A DNA stretch of 39,465 nt, from IMG/VR virus record IMGVR_UViG_3300010388_000098, positions 1 through 39,465 of that record; one strand, 5' to 3'. Shown in pieces: positions 33,639 through 39,465 of the stretch. The number at the start of each line of letters is the position of its first letter. The first letter of the stretch is position 1. The stretch is from a virus. The translations under genes were made by a program, and so were the position numbers. The notes beneath the pieces were generated by a model. It was given only the letters and a program-made list of their open reading frames with translations, searched no databases and had not been told where the DNA came from.

Positions 33639-33978
33639 TTTTTCTCCTCAAGGCTTTGAGCAATTCTTCACGGACATACGCAGGCATTGGAACCGCTCCA
33701 GAATGATCTACCTCTTTATAAGGAGGAGGAGTCGGTGTTGGCTTGCTTGGCGGGGCGATCTTTTTATTGCGAGCAACCACTAACGAATTTCGAGTAAGCA
33801 CCATTCCATCCTTGGCGACTGCGATCACTAGCGGCTCAATATTTTCGTAGAGAGTCTCTTTCAAAACTGTGCGCAGATGGAAGGAGGCGGAATCCGAAGT
33901 GGATGGAACCGCTCCCGCAAAATTCTCGAAATATAAAGCGAGCAGTTTCTTTACTTCATCTTCTACTTGCCGGGGCAT
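33631..33978 (-). CDS. Hypothetical protein (115 aa)
   Basis: ORF with coupled overlaps on both sides. Contains the Pro-rich stretch PPSKPTPTPPPY. Confidence 0.55.
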   Translation of the reverse strand: MPRQVEDEVKKLLALYFENFAGAVPSTSDSASFHLRTVLKETLYENIEPLVIAVAKDGMVLTRNSLVVARNKKIAPPSKPTPTPPPYKEVDHSGAVPMPAYVREELLKALRRKSE

Positions 33979-34613
33979 CCAACTGTTCCTGACGGATCAT
34001 AGAATGAGCAGTAGTTTTTACAGAAGAACGAAGATTTCTCTGGAGCCGGCGCTGATTCCATCGCTTTGATCTCTGCAATCCAATCAAGCCCGACCTGCGC
34101 CATTGCGCGATCATAAGGCTCAACATGAACTTTGATTTCCTTGGATGATCCATCTCGCGGAATAGCAACCAAAGAAACTTCATTCACTTCATGGCCTGAT
34201 TGTTCGATCAGATATCCGTAAAGTTGAACCTGCATTCTTTGTTGGTTGGATGGAAATTCTGCCAGTTTTTTCTTGGTCGTTGTTTTCCAATCAATTACTG
34301 TGCCGCTTGATTTGATAAAGAGATCACAATGGCCTTTGAGTTCAGGCGTTTCAAACGCTTGCTCAATCAAGAAATCATCGCCGAAAGGATCCGCGGCTTC
34401 CATGGCTCCGGCAATTGTTGTGTGGAGCGAGGTTCCTATGATCGCGGCAAGATGCTCCGTATCCTGATTGGTCTTTTCTACATTGTTGATGATGCTCCAA
34501 GCCTGCCGGCGGCATCCTCCAACGGATGAAGCGCCGAGGGTTGTTTGCTGAGATCTGTCGCGCTGCCCATCTTGCTCGTAGAGCGCGATCTTGAGTAGGT
34601 TTTGTATGTCCAT
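33963..34613 (-). CDS. PD-(D/E)xK exonuclease, Cas4/RecB-like
   Basis: 216 aa from ATG 34613. GHCDLF...IDWKTT is the D...(D/E)xK core, with an N-terminal Cys and a C-terminal C..YC.....GCPG cluster as in Cas4-type nucleases. Confidence 0.65.
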   Translation of the reverse strand: MDIQNLLKIALYEQDGQRDRSQQTTLGASSVGGCRRQAWSIINNVEKTNQDTEHLAAIIGTSLHTTIAGAMEAADPFGDDFLIEQAFETPELKGHCDLFIKSSGTVIDWKTTTKKKLAEFPSNQQRMQVQLYGYLIEQSGHEVNEVSLVAIPRDGSSKEIKVHVEPYDRAMAQVGLDWIAEIKAMESAPAPEKSSFFCKNYCSFYDPSGTVGCPGK

Positions 34614-34741
34614 TATTTGCTCCAGCCGGTAAGTAGGTTCTCGGTTATGCAATCGGCGCAGACTTCCATTTGCTTCCCGGCAACCGATACTCGGAAAAGA
34701 TTTTGTTTGTTGTCGCAATACGGACACTTGCTTTCGGGCAT
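34613..34741 (-). CDS. Zinc-ribbon mini-protein (42 aa; not in the ORF track)
   Basis: MPESKCPYCDNKQNLFRVSVAGKQMEVCADCITENLLTGWSK. TAATG coupling at both ends. Confidence 0.5.
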   Translation of the reverse strand: MPESKCPYCDNKQNLFRVSVAGKQMEVCADCITENLLTGWSK

Positions 34742-35091
34742 TAGATGATCTCCAAACTTGCGCGGACTGATACTGAGATGGATCGAGCGATGTCCACCTG
34801 CGTCTTGACGCGGCTGGCATTGGCTCGAGCGGCCTTGACCTGAGCCTCGGCAATTGCTAGTTCCATGTATTGCTCTGCATTCTGGTGCAAGGCGATGTCC
34901 TCTTTTAAGGCCACGGAATACTTGCGATCCGGCGCTGAGAGTTCCATTCGAGCCCTTGCCATGGCGATCTCCAGCCCTGCCTTCGTGGTATGAAAGCGAT
35001 GCTCACAATCCGTAAGATCTTTGTGGATCTGATCAATCTCGACAGAGAGCGCCATCAAGCGCTTCTCTACTTCCATTGGAGTGATGGCCAT
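34741..35091 (-). CDS. Coiled-coil hypothetical protein (116 aa)
   Basis: Start at ATG 35091 behind AGGAGCC. The peptide begins MAITPMEVEKRLMALSVEIDQIHKDL... and has heptad-like helical sequence throughout. Confidence 0.55.
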   Translation of the reverse strand: MAITPMEVEKRLMALSVEIDQIHKDLTDCEHRFHTTKAGLEIAMARARMELSAPDRKYSVALKEDIALHQNAEQYMELAIAEAQVKAARANASRVKTQVDIARSISVSVRASLEII

Positions 35092-35272
35092 GGCTAGGCT
35101 CCTAACGATAGAAACATGGCAACTGTTAGATATACAAGAGGGATCCAAAAGGCCATACGGACGGCTGTTCGGATCTGATAGTAGCGGCGTGATCGCTTGT
35201 AAACGATCTGAGGATGGAAGCCGCAGACCTCCCAAGGCTCCGCTCCCCAGATCTGTAAGAATGTTGGGTTCA

Positions 35273-35833
35273 TTAGTTGCCCCCGCTCAGTTCTTTCTTG
35301 CGCGCTCCGATGAGCGTATTCAGCGAGACAGGGCTTCCCATCGGCTCAATGTGCAAGATCCCGGCGTTCTTTGCGCCTTCGTATAAATTGCGTAGTTCAT
35401 CGATTGATTCAATGTCGCGCAATTGCCCGGCTGCCTCCGCTGCCATTTGTTCCTGTTCTGGCGTATAAGACTTTGTGGTCATGCGCTCGACCTTTTCCAT
35501 CTCTTCGCGGCTTGGTCGAGTCTTGCGAGGATCAACGCCTTGGAGATTTAATCCGCTCGCGAGCGCTCTTCCGATTGCCGAAGTGGTGCAATTCTCGAGG
35601 GCTGAGGTGCGATTTACATTTGATGATCCAACAATCTCCTCGGCGTAATCTTGTCCTTTGAGAACATCGCCGATCCAGATCTGCGCCATCACAATGTATT
35701 GAATTGGCTTGTTGAAATCATCGCGAGCAATATCAACAAGATGCGTTGTGATCCTAAGATCCGGGTATAACTCGTGAGCCTTATTGATTCGCTCACCAAC
35801 TGTTTCGTATGAATCGAGATCGAACTTTGCCAT
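35273..35833 (-). CDS. Putative single-strand annealing protein (Rad52/Sak-like; tentative)
   Basis: 186 aa with SD AAGGAGG. NRTSALENCTTSAIGRALASGLNLQG resembles the E..(S/T).A.(K/G)RA..G signature of Rad52-type annealases. It lies near the exonuclease gene. Confidence 0.4.
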   Translation of the reverse strand: MAKFDLDSYETVGERINKAHELYPDLRITTHLVDIARDDFNKPIQYIVMAQIWIGDVLKGQDYAEEIVGSSNVNRTSALENCTTSAIGRALASGLNLQGVDPRKTRPSREEMEKVERMTTKSYTPEQEQMAAEAAGQLRDIESIDELRNLYEGAKNAGILHIEPMGSPVSLNTLIGARKKELSGGN

Positions 35834-35941
35834 TTACTGCGCCTCCTTTAGTTGTTGTTTAATTTCTTGCGTTTGATCTATTGCATACAGTAAAGCGCAT
35901 AGATCCGACAAATGATTTTCAGCGATTCCGGTCTTTGCCAT
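35834..35941 (-). CDS. Hypothetical mini-protein (35 aa)
   Basis: ATG 35941 overlaps the upstream TAA. MAKTGIAENHLSDLCALLYAIDQTQEIKQQLKEAQ fills the gap before the next SD. Confidence 0.45.
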   Translation of the reverse strand: MAKTGIAENHLSDLCALLYAIDQTQEIKQQLKEAQ

Positions 35942-36192
35942 TAGGCCAGAACTCCCTTCACAAATTTCTTTGCGCATTCGCTGCCGATCGGCCAGCATCC
36001 TTGTGATTCTGGATTTTCCCAATTGCCCATCGGGATCACTTCGCCAGCAATTGAAAGATGAACCATCTTTGAACTCTTGCCGATCTTGCGGCCACAGATT
36101 GTGCAATGTTCGCCGTCTGCCTGAGATAGATCAAGGTAATCGCCGAATGTAATTGCTGATGCATCTGCGGTGATTGAGAAGCGCTTGGTCAT
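35941..36192 (-). CDS. Hypothetical Cys-containing protein (83 aa)
   Basis: SD GGAGG. HCTICGRK...GCWPIGSECAKK suggests a zinc-binding site. Confidence 0.6.
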   Translation of the reverse strand: MTKRFSITADASAITFGDYLDLSQADGEHCTICGRKIGKSSKMVHLSIAGEVIPMGNWENPESQGCWPIGSECAKKFVKGVLA

Positions 36193-36293
36193 TAGTTTGC
36201 CTCCATCTTGAAAGATGGGAGGATCTCAACGAACTCTGTGCGCTTTGTGATTTCGCCAGTAATTAGATCTAGCGATGTGACTGTAATTTCCAT
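36192..36293 (-). CDS. Leader mini-ORF (33 aa; not in the ORF track)
   Basis: First ATG after module PA, with SD GAAAGAGGCAAGCA. MEITVTSLDLITGEITKRTEFVEILPSFKMEAN. Its TAA overlaps the next ATG. Confidence 0.45.
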   Translation of the reverse strand: MEITVTSLDLITGEITKRTEFVEILPSFKMEAN

Positions 36294-36313
36294 TGCTTGC
36301 CTCTTTCATCTAT

Positions 36314-36368
36314 GAGCCGGGGGGCTCGCTTATGTAGGTACTACATCAGATGTGGATTCAGAGTGCAA
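36314..36368 (-). promoter_or_regulatory. Promoter module PA: -35 TTGCAC, 17 bp, -10-like TGTAGT, 12 nt, GAGCC-CCCC-GGCTC hairpin
   Basis: -35 at 36363-36368, -10 at 36340-36345, palindrome at 36314-36327. An A7 tract (36393-36399) lies upstream. It heads the long minus-strand early gene string. Confidence 0.55.
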
Positions 36369-36400
36369 CCTTGTATTCGATGTTTCTTCAACTTTTTTTC

Positions 36401-36429
36401 TGAGCGTACATTGCTTTGTGGTACGCTCA
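36401..36429. other. 9-bp perfect stem-loop just upstream of the PA A-tract
   Basis: tgagcgtac (36401-36409) and gtacgctca (36421-36429) with an 11-nt loop. Confidence 0.5.
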
Positions 36430-36436
36430 GATCCGC

Positions 36437-36467
36437 AAAACCTCAAGGCCTGACCCCTTGGGGTTTT
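36437..36467. terminator. 12-bp stem-loop flanked by A/T runs (bidirectional terminator-like)
   Basis: aaaacctcaagg / ccttggggtttt (one G-U pair) with loop cctgacc. U runs follow the stem on both strands. Confidence 0.5.
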
Positions 36468-36812
36468 TGCCTTTGCTGGATCTATCACCTATGTTACGCA
36501 ATCTACCGAGATGGCAGGATCTCGGGCGCGATCGATATTCGCGGCGTCTCCCGTTAGATGGGAATTTCTGCCATGCATTAAATCAATTGCAAGGATACGC
36601 GATCCTAAAAATCGCGGGAGTTTCTTTCATGCGTATAACCCACCATCCGTACGCGATCTATCCAATGAAGGAAACACATGGGATGGTCTCAGAGATGAGC
36701 GAGCAAAACATACCGGCGGTTAAACGGATTGTTTAGAATCGGGAGGGGGTGGCAATTTCACACCCCCCGAGACTAACGCCCAACGATTGCCGGATTGATC
36801 AAAAGATTCAGG

Positions 36813-36846
36813 AACGACAAAAGAGCCACCCCCGAAAGAGTGGCTC
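36813..36846 (-). terminator. Rho-independent terminator after the endolysin gene (end of the late transcript)
   Basis: Minus strand reads GAGCCAC-TCTTTCGGGG-GTGGCTC followed by TTTTGTCGTT. It begins 19 nt after the endolysin TAG. Confidence 0.7.
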
Positions 36847-36864
36847 AATTGATCGTGCAAGATT

Positions 36865-37362
36865 CTAGTCTTTGAAAGTAGGAATCCCATAACCAACGAC
36901 AAAGACAGGTAATTTCTTGGGATTGTCTGCCTTCCATGCTCTGATCTTGATGCAAGCCTCACCGCCGTTGCGTTGAGATCCTGTCTTTCCATCAGCAGTT
37001 GTATTACCTTCGAGGACTTCCATCAATCCATCAGATCGCACTTTCTTGATTGCGCCGATGTGACTGATCCTATCGACACCATCGTTTGGAAAATCAAAGA
37101 ACGGCAATTCTCCGATCTTTGGATGATGCCCAACCTCTTCCCACTTGCCGGCTTTCTTGAATGCAGCGGCTCCAGCAACAGTCGAGACGCAATTGGGAAT
37201 CTTGAGATCAACTTGCGCGGCTCCCCACATGATGAAGGATCCGCACCATGGTTGGAAATTTACTTTTGTGAATGCGCCGAACTTTGTTTCGTTATCTTTC
37301 GGACCTTCAATGTATCCAACCTCGGCGGTTAGCGCGTCGATGAATGCTTGGCGTTGGCTCAT
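36865..37362 (-). CDS. CHAP-domain endolysin
   Basis: 165 aa. QPWCGSFIMW (catalytic Cys), RISHIGAI (His) and LEGNT follow the CHAP order. Directly after the holin-like genes. No wall-binding domain seen. Confidence 0.8.
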   Translation of the reverse strand: MSQRQAFIDALTAEVGYIEGPKDNETKFGAFTKVNFQPWCGSFIMWGAAQVDLKIPNCVSTVAGAAAFKKAGKWEEVGHHPKIGELPFFDFPNDGVDRISHIGAIKKVRSDGLMEVLEGNTTADGKTGSQRNGGEACIKIRAWKADNPKKLPVFVVGYGIPTFKD

Positions 37363-37637
37363 TCTGTTTCCTCTTTCTTATCTGATGTCGATGCTTTGCG
37401 GAACGCTTGATTGACCTCTTCGCGGGTGATCTTGCCGTCTCCAACAAAGAGGCGAGCAAGTTCCACAGAGACATCCAAGACGGCGGCAAAGCCTGCCATC
37501 GCGGCAGAGATCGCCGGAGAGATCTGCACATTGCTTACCGCTCCGATAACTGCACCGCCGGAAATAAATGTTCCCGAGGCGATGATGAAAACCGCCAGCA
37601 TTCGAGCGGCGATGTCTTTGATTAAGCCGAGGCTCAT
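37359..37637 (-). CDS. Holin-like membrane protein (92 aa)
   Basis: Two hydrophobic helices (MLAVFIIASGTFISGGAVIGAV and ISPAISAAMAGFAAVLDVSV) plus a charged C-tail. SD AAGGAG. ATGA overlap with the endolysin gene. Confidence 0.65.
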   Translation of the reverse strand: MSLGLIKDIAARMLAVFIIASGTFISGGAVIGAVSNVQISPAISAAMAGFAAVLDVSVELARLFVGDGKITREEVNQAFRKASTSDKKEETE

Positions 37638-37640
37638 TCC

Positions 37641-37799
37641 TTACTCCTTTGTTAGTTCGTTGATGGTATAGACAATTGTTCCGATGATGATCAAGTAAAG
37701 GGCGATTGTGCGAGCGCTGCCTGTAAAGGTCATCCATCCGAAGATCAGGCTGATCAAGGCAATGATCCAATCTCCGACAATGTTGAGGAATTTCTTCAA
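37641..37799 (-). CDS. Two-helix membrane mini-protein (52 aa, TTG start; not in the ORF track)
   Basis: (M)KKFLNIVGDWIIALISLIFGWMTFTGSARTIALYLIIIGTIVYTINELTKE. TTG 37799 overlaps the upstream TGA. It fills the 158-nt gap before the holin gene. Confidence 0.5.
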   Translation of the reverse strand: MKKFLNIVGDWIIALISLIFGWMTFTGSARTIALYLIIIGTIVYTINELTKE

Positions 37800-39190
37800 T
37801 TCATTCTCCTAACTGCCGCGCCTGTAAAGACGGCGGCAACAACTGCGGTTTGGGCTTTCTTTCGTTCTTCCGGCGACATATCTGCGCCGATATTGGCAAG
37901 AGCAGTAAATACTTTTCCCGGATCAGAGAAAAGATCTCCAAGCAAAGCCGCCGGATCTTCCAGCGATTGCAAGGCATCAACTACGCCGGCTTCAAGGATC
38001 ACGCCATTCTCAAGAATGACCGGCGTGTCCGGTGGTAAAGTGGCAACATCAACATCGGAAATCGAAAGAGGCTCAGTAAATGTCGGCACAGGATCAGAGG
38101 ATTGCGACACCGGAGAAGGCTCTGGGCTTGCTTGTGGATTGGGCGCAGCGAGCGGAACCGGACTTGGCTCAGGCGAAGGTGCAGCGATTGGCGGGGGAGT
38201 TGCTGCGGCGACTGGCGGCGCGGAGGGCTCGGGAGCGGGGATTGGATCAGGCTCAGGGGCAGGAGGCTCCGGAGCAGGGATTGGATCCGCAGGAGGCTCA
38301 GGAGCAGGAGCAGGAGGCTCTGGCGCTGCGGGTTCAGGCGCGGGAGTTTGTGGCTCCGGTATCGGTTCTGGTTGCGGCTCTGGAGCCGGTGCAGGTTGCG
38401 GATCTGGTTGCGGAGCAGGAGCAGGAGTAGGATCTGGTTCGATTGCTGGAGGCGGCTCAACAGGAGGTTGCGATGGAGTTTGTGGTTGGGGCGATGGCTC
38501 TACTGGCGGGATGGTTTGTGTGCTGGATTCAGATGTCGAAGTCTGAGTCTCGGAAATTACAGTCGGCGAATCGCTCGGTGGTGTATTGGTGCCAGATGGC
38601 TGCGGCTCTGGAGAAGGAGACGGCTCAATTGAAGGCGTCGGTTCTGGGCTTAATGTCGGAGAAGGCTCAGGTGCAGGAGATGCAGATGGCGATTCTGACG
38701 GACTTGGAGAAGGCTCTGGAGAGGAACTCGGAGTTGCGCTCGCAGTTGGCGTCTCTACTGGAGATGGAGATTCGGATGGACTCGACTCCGGAGCCGGTGA
38801 TGGGCTTGGAGTTGGGGTCGGGGAAGTGGATGGCGAAGCCTGATCAGTCGGCGTTTCTGTCGGGGTCGGCGCTGGTGGATCAAGAACTGGACTTGGACTG
38901 ATCCCTAGGTAATAACCAAGAGCAGGATCAGAAAGATCGTCACTAACATAAACAGAGTGTCCTTTTGCATACCCGCCCTCGCAAAATAATCGCGGCACAT
39001 ATCCGCGCCCCTCAAACGCTTGGCTAGAATTATTCCACCCAATCTGAAAAGTTCGTTGTTCGCCACTAGGCTTTGCGCAGATCACGGAAGCATTGGCGTA
39101 GGCCGCGCTCGCGCTAGATGCGAGGAATAGCGGAAAAGCCAAGGCTGCGGCGAATATCATCAAGGCCGCGCCGATTTGTTTGAAAGGCAT
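37796..39190 (-). CDS. Secreted/anchored proline-rich protein in the lysis cassette
   Basis: 464 aa. Signal peptide (MPFKQIGAALMIFAAALAFPLFLASSASA), a ~85-aa two-Cys head and a ~290-aa P/S/T/E/A low-complexity tract. The C-terminal domain ends in the hydrophobic TAVVAAVFTGAAV followed by RR. Confidence 0.75.
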   Translation of the reverse strand: MPFKQIGAALMIFAAALAFPLFLASSASAAYANASVICAKPSGEQRTFQIGWNNSSQAFEGRGYVPRLFCEGGYAKGHSVYVSDDLSDPALGYYLGISPSPVLDPPAPTPTETPTDQASPSTSPTPTPSPSPAPESSPSESPSPVETPTASATPSSSPEPSPSPSESPSASPAPEPSPTLSPEPTPSIEPSPSPEPQPSGTNTPPSDSPTVISETQTSTSESSTQTIPPVEPSPQPQTPSQPPVEPPPAIEPDPTPAPAPQPDPQPAPAPEPQPEPIPEPQTPAPEPAAPEPPAPAPEPPADPIPAPEPPAPEPDPIPAPEPSAPPVAAATPPPIAAPSPEPSPVPLAAPNPQASPEPSPVSQSSDPVPTFTEPLSISDVDVATLPPDTPVILENGVILEAGVVDALQSLEDPAALLGDLFSDPGKVFTALANIGADMSPEERKKAQTAVVAAVFTGAAVRRMN

Positions 39191-39220
39191 GATCTCCCGA
39201 GTCTTGCCTTCCCGGTTAAA

Positions 39221-39454
39221 TTAGAACGCTTGTCTTGCTTTCATTACTTCCAGATCGATCCTCATGGCATTGATCGACATGGTTTGCGCTTGCTGCTCTT
39301 GCACCAACCCAGTCTTGCCATCGTTATACAAAGCGTATTCAATTCGATCGAGCCTTTTAGTGATCTTGTTAAAGAATTGGCCGCCTACCCCAATGATCGT
39401 CACAATGTTCAAGATACCTACAATGATTGCAATGATCTGTCCGGTTTCGTTCAT
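39221..39454 (-). CDS. N-terminally anchored membrane protein with a coiled-coil tail (77 aa)
   Basis: TM helix IIAIIVGILNIVTIIGVGG followed by helical KITKRLDRIEYALYNDG...MRIDLEVMKARQ. Its ATG overlaps the tail-fibre TGA across the circular junction. Confidence 0.65.
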   Translation of the reverse strand: MNETGQIIAIIVGILNIVTIIGVGGQFFNKITKRLDRIEYALYNDGKTGLVQEQQAQTMSINAMRIDLEVMKARQAF

Positions 39455-39465
39455 GCGCCACCTTC
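39411..39465. repeat. Terminal direct repeat, copy 2 (identical to 1..55)
   Basis: Exact 55/55 identity with the first 55 bases. Confidence 0.9.

Noticed and set aside
35175-35203. Possible promoter TTTACA-N17-TATCAG in the 180-bp gap upstream of the coiled-coil gene
   Set aside because: The -10 lacks the conserved final T and there is no match to the PA-PD pattern. It is too weak to call without TSS data.
36416-36992. ORFs 36297-36557(+), 36416-36736(+), 36511-36723(+) and 36720-36992(-) in the non-coding hub
   Set aside because: They overlap one another, lack SDs, cross terminator hairpins or the endolysin 3' end, and have odd composition. The region is better explained as regulatory or structured DNA.
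37850-38901. Several overlapping ORFs on both strands across the proline-rich gene (Gly/Ser/Arg/Trp-rich translations)
   Set aside because: Low-complexity CCN/GAN-rich DNA is open in many frames. Only the minus-strand frame has a signal peptide, an SD context and translational coupling to its neighbours.

Overview
The window is one complete tailed-phage genome of siphovirus type: tape measure, G/G-T chaperones, Dit/Tal and no sheath. Bases 1-55 are identical to bases 39411-39465, so the unit length is 39,410 bp and the map is circular or circularly permuted. About 75 protein genes and one tRNA are tightly packed, and many junctions are translationally coupled (ATGA, TAATG or GTGA overlaps). 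Nearly all genes lie on the minus strand. Reading the minus strand from about 36370 downwards gives this order. (1) An early region (36293-26470) has many tiny CxxC zinc-ribbon proteins, a recombination set (Rad52/Sak-like annealase, Cas4/RecB-like exonuclease, RusA, SSB), an HNH endonuclease, a lytic transglycosylase and a ParB-methyltransferase fusion. I recognised no DNA polymerase, primase, helicase, integrase or repressor. (2) TerS and TerL (26462-24704). (3) An atypical ~9.7-kb block between terminase and portal holds an Ig-like protein, a 724-aa collagen-like protein, three tandem glycine-rich paralogues and a 3.4-kb plus-strand island. The island encodes a GH130-like protein, a TPR protein, an FkbM methyltransferase and four small genes. 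(4) The head, tRNA-Gln and tail genes (15026-41). (5) Across the junction, a lysis cassette (39454-36865) has four membrane or secreted proteins, including a 464-aa proline-rich protein, and a CHAP endolysin. (6) A ~470-bp hairpin-rich non-coding region with terminators (36401-36864). Regulatory signals visible in the sequence are three positionally conserved promoter + GC-hairpin + SD modules, a fourth promoter without the hairpin, two probable leaderless starts and a canonical -1 frameshift site. Hand counts suggest GATC is roughly 4-fold over-represented. The host is probably Gram-positive, possibly actinobacterial, but this is inference only. All functional calls rest on motifs and gene order read by eye; no database search was run.
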